Positions 1-8,969 of a stretch of 64,000 bases of DNA are shown piece after piece; position 1 is the stretch's first letter, and each line of letters starts with the position of its first letter. Source of the stretch: Nitrososphaerales archaeon (GTDB taxonomy: Archaea; Thermoproteota; Nitrososphaeria; Nitrososphaerales; UBA213). The notes beneath the pieces were generated by a model that had not been told where the DNA came from, did not search any database, and was given only the letters and a program-made list of their open reading frames with translations. A program made the translations under genes and the position numbers. The stretch is from positions 2,271 through 66,270 of the forward strand of contig CBDAOC010000014.1 of assembly GCA_965197925.1 (NCBI GenBank), in the 5' to 3' direction.

Positions 1-1
1 G

Positions 2-985
2 ATTGTAACTCAAGGAAGTCACACAGTCCTTGCACTTCGTGAAGTTGGAGAACACTTTGACGATGATACAGAGATGGAAGTGTTCTATGCAAAGATTGAT
101 GGTAAAGTTGCTGAAGGCAAAGACGATGCTAAATGGTGTGCTGCACAAGCTAACAAGAAAGGTATTGATTTTACTCCTGAAAATAAGTCAACAGCAATCA
201 ATTTTCTGTTAGACCAGATGCATCCTTTCAATGATAAAGATATGAAGTCAATGGGTATAGAGAAAGAGCTGCATAAGCGTGACTTTATCACTGAAAGACC
301 ACTTGCTGTAATGGTTGGGTGTTCTCGGACGCAAGTTAACAGAGTTCGTGATGAGTGGCATGTCAAAAATGGATACAAAATTGAGGAAACTAAGGAAGAC
401 GAGAAAGGTGCTGAAGCTGGAGAAGAGAAAGCTGATGAAGGAAAAGAACTTACTAAAGAGGAAAGACTTGAAAAGAAGCTGCAGGAAGCTAAGGAAAAAG
501 GTAAGAAACCTAAAGCTAAAAAGCCTAAGGATCACCAGCCAAACCTTGATGAAGATATTGATGACCTTAATAGCTTTGATGCTTCCGAAGAAGGCGATAC
601 TCCCGAAGTCAATCCAATGGACTCCGATACTGTAACTGAGGTAACTGATGCCCCAGATCCAAATGTATCCGAAGATGATATAGATCCAGGTCTTGACGAA
701 GGCGATGATGATATTGATCTTGATGAGGATATGAGAGAGAAACACCTTACTCAATTTGATGACAGACTATCTGAGATGCTTGAAGAAGACCCAGACATGA
801 ATATATTCTCTGATATTGAATTCCTCATTGCAGGAAAGGATAGTCAAGACAAAGGTGTTTTAAGAGATCACCTCAAGGACTATAGTTCTGAAGAAGTTGA
901 AATGGCTATTGGCTTCATAAAATGGGCAGTAACGTCTGTATGTGATGAACTTGCTGGTGAAATACCAGAAGATGATGAAGAATAA
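2..985 (+). CDS. ParB/Srx-like N-terminal domain + HTH protein with long acidic tail (5'-truncated)
   Basis: Frame is open from position 2 (IVTQGSHTVLALREVG, resembling the ParB GxHR region). HTH-like TERPLAVMVGCSRTQVNRVR, then a D/E-rich C-terminus. Confidence 0.5.
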   Translation: MVTQGSHTVLALREVGEHFDDDTEMEVFYAKIDGKVAEGKDDAKWCAAQANKKGIDFTPENKSTAINFLLDQMHPFNDKDMKSMGIEKELHKRDFITERPLAVMVGCSRTQVNRVRDEWHVKNGYKIEETKEDEKGAEAGEEKADEGKELTKEERLEKKLQEAKEKGKKPKAKKPKDHQPNLDEDIDDLNSFDASEEGDTPEVNPMDSDTVTEVTDAPDPNVSEDDIDPGLDEGDDDIDLDEDMREKHLTQFDDRLSEMLEEDPDMNIFSDIEFLIAGKDSQDKGVLRDHLKDYSSEEVEMAIGFIKWAVTSVCDELAGEIPEDDEE

Positions 986-995
986 GGAGTAACAC

Positions 996-1223
996 TTGAT
1001 TACCAAAGAGTTTTTTAACAATCTTATACAGATTGAGCGAAATGCTCAAGATGAGAAGTGGGGAAAACAGAACCACAGCGATGAAAGGTGGGTATGTATA
1101 ATACTTGAGGAATTGGGTGAAGTCTCTAAAGCAGTAATTGATAGAGACGAGGAGGGCATACTTGAGGAAACAGTCCAAGTTGCTGCGCTCCTACAGAATT
1201 GGATGACATCGCGAAATGAGTAG
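996..1223 (+). CDS. MazG-like nucleotide pyrophosphohydrolase
   Basis: EELGEV...EETVQVAA acidic helical motif of the all-alpha NTP-PPase family; RBS AAGGAG upstream. Confidence 0.7.
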   Translation: MITKEFFNNLIQIERNAQDEKWGKQNHSDERWVCIILEELGEVSKAVIDRDEEGILEETVQVAALLQNWMTSRNE

Positions 1224-1238
1224 TATTCCACTGCTATA

Positions 1239-1272
1239 AAGCGGAGACTTTAAAGTCTCCGCTTATTTTTTT
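1239..1272 (+). terminator. Intrinsic terminator
   Basis: AAGCGGAGACT-TTAA-AGTCTCCGCTT hairpin followed by a T-tract. Confidence 0.75.
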
Positions 1273-1283
1273 GAGGCAAGATT

Positions 1284-1619
1284 ATGAACATTGAAAATAT
1301 GCATGATACAAGCATATGTCGTAAAATAACTATTATCCAGCTTTTTGACGAGATTGATAATACAGACAATAAGAAGCTTAAAAGTCAAATTCAATGGATA
1401 TATGACAACGATAGTGTAGAGTATGTTGTAGCTTTTTATGATAAAGATGAAAATATAGTTGCTTCGCAGATATGGACAAAAGATAGCACTTATATTACAT
1501 ATCAGCATCCTCTTATTGGATTGATATTAACTCGTGGATTAAGGTATCCTCCAACACATGACCAGATAGAAGATCTAACAATGCGATATGAAGAGTCTAC
1601 TGATATCGCAAAAGTATAG
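1284..1619 (+). CDS. Hypothetical protein
   Basis: 111-aa ORF in the + strand gene run. Confidence 0.6.
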   Translation: MNIENMHDTSICRKITIIQLFDEIDNTDNKKLKSQIQWIYDNDSVEYVVAFYDKDENIVASQIWTKDSTYITYQHPLIGLILTRGLRYPPTHDQIEDLTMRYEESTDIAKV

Positions 1620-1632
1620 AGGGATAGTATTT

Positions 1633-2421
1633 ATGAAGGTAGCATATTTGACTGCTCAATCACGAACTGACGATTTAGATAACCCGATACTTTCTTATGC
1701 AGCAGTAAAAACTCAAGTTTGGGAGCCTCCATCAGAAAATGTTTTCACACTAATACCTAAAGATGAAAGTGATATAAACATTTTCAGATCCAGAGATGTT
1801 GACGGATTATTTGAGTTATTGAGAACTGTAAATCTTATAGTTTTATTCGGTATTGACTATCACGGAAACGTTCTTGATCCGCATCATAAATCAAATCTTT
1901 ATATTGACTTTGGCATATTTGATATATCAGATATGCTTTATGGAGAGCTTGAGTATTATGTTAAGCATGATACTATAGCTAAGTCTGTAGGTCTATCAAG
2001 ACTTGTAACAAGCGGGATGTCTTATATTAAATGGTGGAAAGACGGAAAGGTTGGATTGATAAGCAGAGGAATGAAAAGAGATGTTGAAATAATCCAAAAG
2101 GCTTTCAAGCAAGTTATGATGTGTAAACAGTGGAAGTTGGATCACCCGTTCACAGATGAACATGTCCTTTTAGACATTAGATTATGGAGAGATGTAGCTC
2201 GTGAAAAATCTCTTTTACCATTCAATACCAGAGTTGATTCGTCTGTCAAATTATACAAGAAGCTTGCAGAAGATACTGGAGATGGTTTAGAACGTTTATG
2301 GGATTGTTCTATTGATGATTTTTGCTTGGATAAAGGGTTGCTTGAGAGTTATGTAAATGACAAAGGTAAGACTGTTATATTTCATCCAAGTATAACTGTA
2401 GATGATATGCCACTTGATTAG
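1633..2421 (+). CDS. RNase H-like (RNase_H_2/YprB-type) domain protein, catalytic acids apparently degenerate
   Basis: HDTIAKSVG...SGMSYIKWWKDGKVGLISRGMKRDVEII resembles the RNase_H_2 C-terminal motif. Start set at MKVAY after GAGG. Confidence 0.45.
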   Translation: MKVAYLTAQSRTDDLDNPILSYAAVKTQVWEPPSENVFTLIPKDESDINIFRSRDVDGLFELLRTVNLIVLFGIDYHGNVLDPHHKSNLYIDFGIFDISDMLYGELEYYVKHDTIAKSVGLSRLVTSGMSYIKWWKDGKVGLISRGMKRDVEIIQKAFKQVMMCKQWKLDHPFTDEHVLLDIRLWRDVAREKSLLPFNTRVDSSVKLYKKLAEDTGDGLERLWDCSIDDFCLDKGLLESYVNDKGKTVIFHPSITVDDMPLD

Positions 2422-2429
2422 GAGATGTT

Positions 2430-2612
2430 ATGTTCTATCAGTATAAATGCACTATATGTAATAACAAGAGCAAGGTATACAGCATGATTGATGACTGTAT
2501 AAGGTATGCTCAGCGCCATGCTAATAAGCATAATCACATATTAAACATACTTTTCAGAGGTAAATATAGCAAGTCTGTATTTCCTGAGAAAAGAAAAGGT
2601 TTTGAGTTTTGA
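2430..2612 (+). CDS. Small C2H2-type zinc-finger protein
   Basis: YKCTIC...AQRHANKHNH; RBS GGAG. Confidence 0.5.
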   Translation: MFYQYKCTICNNKSKVYSMIDDCIRYAQRHANKHNHILNILFRGKYSKSVFPEKRKGFEF

Positions 2613-2619
2613 ATAGAAT

Positions 2620-2661
2620 AGAAAAACAGGCTATCTATTAAAGACGATAGCCTGTTTTTCT
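2620..2661. terminator. Bidirectional terminator between convergent operons
   Basis: AGAAAAACAGGCTATC...GATAGCCTGTTTTTCT inverted repeat. Confidence 0.8.
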
Positions 2662-2695
2662 CTTTAATACCAAGCGAGGAGTCAACACAATGGTA

Positions 2696-3391
2696 TTAGA
2701 AGTTGATTGACAATACCGCACTATTCTCTGTGAAGAATAAGTCTCCAGTGTGGCTATCGTCATGATATTTGATTAGACTTCTCCAGCCTAAGCTTGAGTT
2801 TTCTCCAATCCCCATATTTAAACCTACTTCCAAAGTGCCTTGTAAGTCTTCAAACTTCGCATGAGGAGTCCCTTTAAGTTTAGCAAACCCAGAAAACTTA
2901 TCAGAAAAGTCTCTTTCAGTAGCTAATCCAAAATACCAACGAGAAGTAGTAATAGCGTTAGTATCAGTTTCAGTATCTACTTTTACACTTTCCGCATAGT
3001 TTCCAAAACTGAAGATCAAAAAGTTATCTCCGACCGCTACAACCTTTCGGAAATAACCTCCGCCCTGCAACTGCATATCAATCTTCTGTATAATGTTTTT
3101 CTCAACATTAGCAAAAGCTTGGATCTCAACAATCCCAAAGTCGTGTCCGCCCTGTGCATGAGCTTTAAATGTCTCTGAATGAATCTCTGCTTCGGATGCT
3201 ATCTGTGATGCGTGCAGACCTACCCACACCTGCTCCCAGCCTTTAACTCCTGTAATACTGAAAGATCGTGCTTTATTGAATACGCCTCCGAAGTCTACAC
3301 GAGTAACGTTGTGAGGCAGTTCTTCCCACTGAGCCACGCACATAGAAACTAAAAAGAACATCATAGCTAAAATACTTGTAAATAACTTCAT
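2696..3391 (-). CDS. Outer-membrane beta-barrel protein with signal peptide
   Basis: N-terminal signal peptide, alternating amphipathic strands, and C-terminal aromatic BAM-type motif (AVLSINF). Confidence 0.65.
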   Translation of the reverse strand: MKLFTSILAMMFFLVSMCVAQWEELPHNVTRVDFGGVFNKARSFSITGVKGWEQVWVGLHASQIASEAEIHSETFKAHAQGGHDFGIVEIQAFANVEKNIIQKIDMQLQGGGYFRKVVAVGDNFLIFSFGNYAESVKVDTETDTNAITTSRWYFGLATERDFSDKFSGFAKLKGTPHAKFEDLQGTLEVGLNMGIGENSSLGWRSLIKYHDDSHTGDLFFTENSAVLSINF

Positions 3392-3401
3392 CTTTAATCT
3401 C

Positions 3402-3698
3402 CTATAAAAGTTTTGAAAAGTCTGGATTTTCCATTTGATCTTGATTGATGTAAAACTCTAATATCCCGTCTGAACGTTTTACCTTGCCGATTTTACCTTC
3501 TGTAAGTAGTTCATCTAAAGCGCATCCCATGTCGTGAAGTCCGCCTATACCAGTATCATGCATTATCTTCGCCTTAGTATTCATAACTTCATCTTCAAGG
3601 TACGCGATAATACGAGTTTTAGGAGAACCAGATCTATATCTGGGAATGTCTACCCTTGCGTCTGGGTCTGAACGATATCCACATCTTGAGCACTTCAT
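3402..3698 (-). CDS. Zn-ribbon + winged-helix-like protein
   Basis: MKCSRCG start with GGAG RBS; KTRIIAYL...ALDELLTEGKIGKV wHTH pattern. Confidence 0.45.
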   Translation of the reverse strand: MKCSRCGYRSDPDARVDIPRYRSGSPKTRIIAYLEDEVMNTKAKIMHDTGIGGLHDMGCALDELLTEGKIGKVKRSDGILEFYINQDQMENPDFSKLL

Positions 3699-3708
3699 CT
3701 TTAATCTC

Positions 3709-4515
3709 CTAATGTTTATCAAATGCATCACTTTTACCAGAGTGTATAACAACTGATATGTCGTGATACCTTAGTATATGCTTGCGTGCAGCTTGTGATA
3801 GCAATACTTCAGCCGCAGCTCTTTTCCAGTCTAACTTCTTTACCGCATCTATAAAATCGTGAAATGTTTTGAAATGCGGAAGCCCAAGATTAAATAACAA
3901 GTTAACAATAGCCTCTTGTCTTGCGTTGTTGATCTGTTCCCATACGTCCCTGAATAGAACAGATGCTTCATACTTGACTTCTTTTAAATCAGCGCTTAAC
4001 AAGAGGCTTATATCCTCGTCTTGTAGAGGATTCGTAAATATCTTATTAGCTACATCAAGATAGTGTATGTATATCCTATGGTCAACAATGGAACACTCTT
4101 GGACTATTACTTCATAATTTGGTTTAGAAACTATAGCTATAAGCTCATCAACGGATATGCCGTGAGTTTGTAAGCTTCTACCTACACCTATCGTAACTTT
4201 GTCGGATGTGTCAAGATATGGAATAGATTTTTTACCTTCATAGTATGTTATGTGAGATACTATGTTAGAAAAAGACATTCCAGATTCTTTATGTATCTGC
4301 TCTATCTGCGTGCTGTGGTCTTTAACTTCGGTCTTTACAACTGGAGATTCTACAGATTCCATAACCTTATCTATGACAGGCTCTTTTACATAGTCAACTA
4401 TATGTGATACTCTATCATTTAACTCGTGCAGAAATAAAGATAGTCCAGCTATAGATATAAGACACAAAGACATAACTACGATTGATAGAATATCTCTCTT
4501 ATTAATCAAAATCAT
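3709..4515 (-). CDS. Endolysin, T4-lysozyme-like (GH24) with N-terminal transmembrane segment
   Basis: YEGKKSIPYLDTSDKVTIGVG (E-8-D-5-T triad) and ARQEAIVNLLFNLG...WKRAAAEVLLS. Confidence 0.85.
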   Translation of the reverse strand: MILINKRDILSIVVMSLCLISIAGLSLFLHELNDRVSHIVDYVKEPVIDKVMESVESPVVKTEVKDHSTQIEQIHKESGMSFSNIVSHITYYEGKKSIPYLDTSDKVTIGVGRSLQTHGISVDELIAIVSKPNYEVIVQECSIVDHRIYIHYLDVANKIFTNPLQDEDISLLLSADLKEVKYEASVLFRDVWEQINNARQEAIVNLLFNLGLPHFKTFHDFIDAVKKLDWKRAAAEVLLSQAARKHILRYHDISVVIHSGKSDAFDKH

Positions 4516-4684
4516 CTTCCTTGATCAAGTGCTTGTGGTCACTATGATGTTTATCAACTACTTCTTTTAAGCTGTGGGATATATCGTAAATCTCTTTTAA
4601 CACTTTGACATCCGCTCCGACATCATGAAGTTGCATTGCTTTTTTAATCACAACAAGCAGTATCTTCAATATAGTAACGATCAT
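4502..4684 (-). CDS. Small protein upstream of endolysin (possible holin/lysis accessory)
   Basis: Hydrophobic N-terminus, AAGGAGG RBS, overlaps the endolysin start. Confidence 0.35.
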   Translation of the reverse strand: MIVTILKILLVVIKKAMQLHDVGADVKVLKEIYDISHSLKEVVDKHHSDHKHLIKEDDFD

Positions 4685-4715
4685 TTTGAAACCTCCTTAT
4701 GATAAGATTATGAAC

Positions 4716-4845
4716 AGGTTGGGGAAGCAGTGAGGGCAGTGTAGCTTCCTTACACCAGTTAGAACTACACAGCAGGCGTCTATGACTACGCCAAATAGAG
4801 GACACGACCCTTGCCCTCTGTATCTAACTCAACAATCTCAACCTG
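4716..4845. ncRNA. Candidate structured ncRNA immediately 3' of the tRNA
   Basis: Closing stem CAGGTTG/CAACCTG encloses three hairpins (AGAGGGCA/TGTCCTCT, GGCGT/ACGCC, GTGTAG/CTACAC, read on the - strand). Confidence 0.45.
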
Positions 4846-4919
4846 ATTGCAGGCAGTGGAATTGAACCACTCTTTAGAGGCTTATGAGTCCTCTGATAAC
4901 ACCAGTTATCTTGCCTGCC
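4844..4919 (-). tRNA. tRNA with CAU anticodon (Met or Ile2), non-canonical
   Basis: Cloverleaf: GGCAGGC acceptor, GATA/TATC D stem, loop CTCATAA, T arm AGTGG-TTCAATT-CCACT; ends ATCA. Confidence 0.75.
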
Positions 4920-5043
4920 ACAATGAGAGGCTCAATGCCTCTCATTGCTCATAGAACATTTCGGCATGGCACACTATGCCTAATCAATCTCGGCAACCAG
5001 AGAGGATTCTCCTTATTAATTAAAACCGAAATTGACTATTAAT

Positions 5044-5072
5044 ATTATACCGCGTGTGAAAAATAATGTCAA
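5044..5072 (-). promoter_or_regulatory. Consensus sigma70-type promoter for tRNA/lysis genes
   Basis: TTGACA-N17-TATAAT on the - strand. Confidence 0.8.
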
Positions 5073-5080
5073 ATTATTTA

Positions 5081-6040
5081 CTAATCCAAGTTTTCCCACG
5101 CTTCGTCTTCTGTGTCGCCATCTACTATTTCAGCATTCTCGGCAATTACAGACCCATCTACAGTTGAAATAAGTGTTCCGTCATCAAGTAGTTCAACAGA
5201 GTTTTTAGGAATAGTGCCGCTGAATGTAAGCACCTCTGGCACTTCCTCATAAATCTTATGACCATCTTCATTAAGTTTAGGTGCGCCCGCAGGTGTCAAT
5301 ACCTGTTTCCGAACAGTCTTACCAGTCGTGACCTGATGTCTATAGGCAACAAATCCTTGATCTGGGTCTTCAAACAGATACTCTTTTCTGTTCTTCTCTG
5401 CCTGTTTAGGGTCAGGAGCGCAATGAAAATTGTCATTGGGATCTGTTTCGCAAGTAACTATTGTGTTAACAGTGGGTGCTATAGGGTTAGAAGGATTAGT
5501 TGGTTTAATGGCATCTGAAATCGTATCAACAACATCTTGAGTTGGAATATCGTATGTGTCAACTCCTGTTTGTTCTATTGTTGAGATAATCACATCTGTA
5601 AATACCTGTGTGCTAACGTCTTTATCAGTCCCTATTTCTTTAGCAACTTCTGCTGATACCATAGGAACACTTACCTTATCAGCTTGTTGTGAAACTACGA
5701 GATGATCTATAACTTCTGCAACAACATCATCAAGGTTAACTCCTACTCCGTCATTTCCATCTTTACCATCTTTCCCATCTACTCCGTCATTTCCATCTTT
5801 ACCATCTTTCCCATCTACTCCGTCATTTCCATCTTTACCATCTTGACCAGTTTTACCTGTTTCTCCTGCTATCGCTTTTATACATAGTGTATCAAATCCG
5901 TTTGCAAGACATACAAAATCATCCCCTTCTTCTGTTATCCACCCATTGAAATTATTAGGTCCAAGTGTCCCTGTGTAAGGAGTTTGGCATGATGCAAAAA
6001 TAGATATAGCAAACAAGACGCAAAAAATACGTAAAAACAT
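5081..6040 (-). CDS. Lipoprotein with collagen-like G-X-D repeats
   Basis: Lipobox-like FASC after a signal peptide; (GKDGKDGNDGVD)n. Confidence 0.7.
   Translation of the reverse strand: MFLRIFCVLFAISIFASCQTPYTGTLGPNNFNGWITEEGDDFVCLANGFDTLCIKAIAGETGKTGQDGKDGNDGVDGKDGKDGNDGVDGKDGKDGNDGVGVNLDDVVAEVIDHLVVSQQADKVSVPMVSAEVAKEIGTDKDVSTQVFTDVIISTIEQTGVDTYDIPTQDVVDTISDAIKPTNPSNPIAPTVNTIVTCETDPNDNFHCAPDPKQAEKNRKEYLFEDPDQGFVAYRHQVTTGKTVRKQVLTPAGAPKLNEDGHKIYEEVPEVLTFSGTIPKNSVELLDDGTLISTVDGSVIAENAEIVDGDTEDEAWENLD
5743..5843 (-). repeat. 36-bp tandem repeat (~2.8 copies) encoding collagen-like segment
   Basis: CTACTCCGTCATTTCCATCTTTACCATCTTTCCCAT repeated on the + strand. Confidence 0.9.
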
Positions 6041-6059
6041 TATTGACTCCTATTTTAGA

Positions 6060-7118
6060 TTAAGCTGCTGCAAGTTCTTCTAACTTATTAGCATCGTCAG
6101 AACTCTGGGCAATTGACTTAGCGTCTACAAACACGTTATCAGCCGTCATATTCTTAACTCTGATAACTCCATGCTGGGCGTTATCAAAAAGTATTTTCTC
6201 TTCTGACTCTATAGACCACTTATCTTCATCAGCTAAAAAGTCATAACATCTTGAAATAGTTTCATTACTTTCTAACAAGTTTTGTCTCTGATGAGGATAA
6301 TCAGAGTTTATACCTACCAGAAGTTCATATAAGTCATCAGATGAATTTATACTAAGCATTCTATATGAGTGCTTAGTGCCTGGAAACATCTGAATTCTTT
6401 TATTGTCTTTAAGGTAAGAAAGATTATACAATAAATTATTATCACAGTATATATCAAAGGCGATGTCAAAAGACATAATCTCAAGGTTAGATACTTCTAT
6501 TTGAGCTTTATTTCTATACTGCTCAATCTTATACCATTCGCCTGGAGGTATAGATACCATAACTTTTGTAGTGATGCTATCGGTAGATTCTTTTTCAATA
6601 CCTTTCATTCGCTCATATTCTCCATGAGCTCCTATAGTCGTGGTATTTTCAAAAGAAACACCGCTATATTCTGCTCCGACTTTGAATTCATTCTCAAAAG
6701 ACCAACCTTCTTTTCTTGTCTTAGCTGAAGATTCTTTTGCAGTAAATCCTTTGACGAATTCAACTTCAAAGTGAGCATGTTCATCTCCGTCTCTGTTGTC
6801 ACATTCTAATACGGATGCAAATCCAGGTTCTTCTCCAAGAGTTTCACTCTTACCGCTAAGAAGCTTGCAGTGAGGGATGCGTGCTGGGTCAAGAAAAACA
6901 ACACGATCTCTTGCGTTATTCATGTAATGCCTACTAAAAGAAGTTTTATCTACTTCATGGTAAGGCTTATTATGATACTCATCCCAATTTCTGTGATTTC
7001 TATAATCTCTGCTCTGCAAGTTCACACCTAAGTTCAATGCAAGAATGTCAATTACTGGTATCCATGCATGCATTACTTTGACGTAAGCTTCATGTGGAGT
7101 TTTAGTCTTAAAACCCAT
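6060..7118 (-). CDS. Aerolysin/ETX-MTX2-like beta-pore-forming protein
   Basis: Pre-stem hairpin GWSFENEFKVGAEYSGVSFENTTTIGAHGEY flanked by S/T-rich alternating strands, then VSIPPG, the aerolysin-family layout. Confidence 0.65.
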   Translation of the reverse strand: MGFKTKTPHEAYVKVMHAWIPVIDILALNLGVNLQSRDYRNHRNWDEYHNKPYHEVDKTSFSRHYMNNARDRVVFLDPARIPHCKLLSGKSETLGEEPGFASVLECDNRDGDEHAHFEVEFVKGFTAKESSAKTRKEGWSFENEFKVGAEYSGVSFENTTTIGAHGEYERMKGIEKESTDSITTKVMVSIPPGEWYKIEQYRNKAQIEVSNLEIMSFDIAFDIYCDNNLLYNLSYLKDNKRIQMFPGTKHSYRMLSINSSDDLYELLVGINSDYPHQRQNLLESNETISRCYDFLADEDKWSIESEEKILFDNAQHGVIRVKNMTADNVFVDAKSIAQSSDDANKLEELAAA

Positions 7119-7119
7119 G

Positions 7120-7296
7120 TTAGACTCCTTTATCTTGTGGATAAATCTTTCTAAACTCTATTGTAATACCTACTTTTTCTTCATTGTGAGTTATAGAAGC
7201 AGGCATAACTTTATTGCTATCTAAAAGATCAACAACTTCATGTTGAAGCTTGTTGAAAAGCTTTAAAAGTTCTTCTCTGTCTTTATCAGTAATCAT
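7120..7296 (-). CDS. Hypothetical protein (58 aa, not in ORF track)
   Basis: MITDKDREELLKLFNKLQHEVV... with GGAG RBS; fills the gap in the operon. Confidence 0.55.
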   Translation of the reverse strand: MITDKDREELLKLFNKLQHEVVDLLDSNKVMPASITHNEEKVGITIEFRKIYPQDKGV

Positions 7297-7305
7297 TTTT
7301 GACTC

Positions 7306-7512
7306 CTAAAATATACTATCAACAACATCTGGTAGATATTTCACAGCACGCCAAGCTCCTAAGAGAGCAACTCCGTGATTAACTTCCATTTCAGCAGACA
7401 TCATATTATGCCAAAACAACTCTTCCCCTGCAGTGCTGGTAAGCCACAAAGTAAGACCGATAGTGAAGTTTAGATGTGCATTGTCAATAATCTTTCGGAT
7501 AATTTCTCGCAC
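7306..7512 (-). CDS. Small membrane protein (holin candidate)
   Basis: Two hydrophobic segments. Confidence 0.35.
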   Translation of the reverse strand: MREIIRKIIDNAHLNFTIGLTLWLTSTAGEELFWHNMMSAEMEVNHGVALLGAWRAVKYLPDVVDSIF

Positions 7513-7781
7513 AAGTTATTTCCTCTTAACAAATCAATAGCAATATAGAACTTATTTCTATACTCATACCAAAAAGCAAGACTGTCTTCGCTAACATAAT
7601 CAAAATCTATACCAATCAAACCAGCATCTTCTAACGACTGCATTTCATTTACTGTGTCAAAACCTATTAGTTCAGGTAATTCTTCAGTTTCCACATATTC
7701 TTTTAATATCTTGATAGAATCACTATCAAGATTATCTAAAATATGCTGGACTTCTTTAATTTGCTCTTCTGTATACTGCAA
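7470..7781 (-). CDS. Hypothetical acidic protein
   Basis: ORF in the - strand operon. Confidence 0.5.
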   Translation of the reverse strand: MQYTEEQIKEVQHILDNLDSDSIKILKEYVETEELPELIGFDTVNEMQSLEDAGLIGIDFDYVSEDSLAFWYEYRNKFYIAIDLLRGNNLCEKLSERLLTMHI

Positions 7782-7784
7782 GTT

Positions 7785-8960
7785 TTATGCCCTCGTTATT
7801 ACTACTTTATACTCTGTAGCGGATTGTCCGTCTTGTGAAGTAACAATAACACTTATTGTGTTAGCTCCGACTTCTAAATCTTCTCGTTCATTGAAACTAA
7901 CAGTAGCATATTCATGCGTAGCTTCAGCTTCAAGAGTTACATATTCTATAAAGTTAGCAACACTTCCTGTATACTCCAACACATCAGCGCTAAACTCAGG
8001 CGATAGAGTTACTTCTTCTGTCTGTTCCTGTATAGGAACACTTCCAGTTGTAACTGTTAGACTTTGCAAACTTGAGTCAAACACGTCTGTATCTTGTGGC
8101 ATTCCTATAGCACGTTTAGCGTCATAAATAGAAGATGCTAATCCATATTCAGGAGCGTCTGTAATAGGGTCTGTAGTAGAAGATCGGGCAAGTTTTATTG
8201 TATTCTCTATGTTATCCCAAACATAGACATGCGTTACGTATTCAAAGTTTCTCGCCATTTCTGAAATGGAAGTAGTTGCTCTGTCAGGAAGTCTTTTAGC
8301 AAACTGCTCCCAAGTCACAGGGCTATATCCATTAGTTGCATGAAACCAGTTCCACTTACTATCATCTACCCTATTAGCTGGATTTTGGAATGTGCGAACT
8401 GTATGATAGATAAACAGAATAAAAATGTGTTGCTTGACCGATAGATCCGCTCCACCTAAAGCACGCAGTGAAGTATACAGATTAACAGCTTCTAATTGTT
8501 CTCTTGCCCATCTTATCAATTCATGCCAACGCATCATAGACTTTGAAGGTTTCATAACTCCTGCTACAGTTCCGCCTATTATACCAGCGTGAGACTGTAA
8601 ATAGATGAGATTGTTATCCCACAACTTGCCCTTGAAAAAAGGCGTTATTTCAGGAGTCCAACCTAAGTCACTACCTGTAGTATTTATAGCGTAGTAGCAG
8701 CTACTCATATCTGTTCCCTCCCAATCTATCACAGATATTCTATCGTGAAATACAGAAGGGTAGATATTAACATGTCTGCGTATCAGGTCTTTATGAGCAT
8801 CATCTATATCATCAACTTTTGACGCAGATAACTGCATTAATAACCAGTCATGCGTTATATTTCCACGAGGCGTAGTATGCTCTGCCAACATAGTTGCCAT
8901 GAATGGACTACGCATTTCATCTCTAACTCTACCATGTATCTCTGCCTGAAAAGCGTTCAT
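7785..8960 (-). CDS. Protein with C-terminal cadherin-like beta-sandwich (virion accessory)
   Basis: LSPEFSADVLEYT...LEVGANTISVIVTSQDG...YKVVITRA, a typical cadherin-like beta-sandwich pattern. Confidence 0.7.
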   Translation of the reverse strand: MNAFQAEIHGRVRDEMRSPFMATMLAEHTTPRGNITHDWLLMQLSASKVDDIDDAHKDLIRRHVNIYPSVFHDRISVIDWEGTDMSSCYYAINTTGSDLGWTPEITPFFKGKLWDNNLIYLQSHAGIIGGTVAGVMKPSKSMMRWHELIRWAREQLEAVNLYTSLRALGGADLSVKQHIFILFIYHTVRTFQNPANRVDDSKWNWFHATNGYSPVTWEQFAKRLPDRATTSISEMARNFEYVTHVYVWDNIENTIKLARSSTTDPITDAPEYGLASSIYDAKRAIGMPQDTDVFDSSLQSLTVTTGSVPIQEQTEEVTLSPEFSADVLEYTGSVANFIEYVTLEAEATHEYATVSFNEREDLEVGANTISVIVTSQDGQSATEYKVVITRA

Positions 8961-8969
8961 AATAGTCTC

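Noticed and set aside
4716-4845. Theta (HDV-like) ribozyme or SRP RNA after the tRNA
   Set aside because: I could not build the HDV double pseudoknot, and the AAGGAAGC similarity to SRP domain IV is only partial. Kept as an unknown structured RNA.
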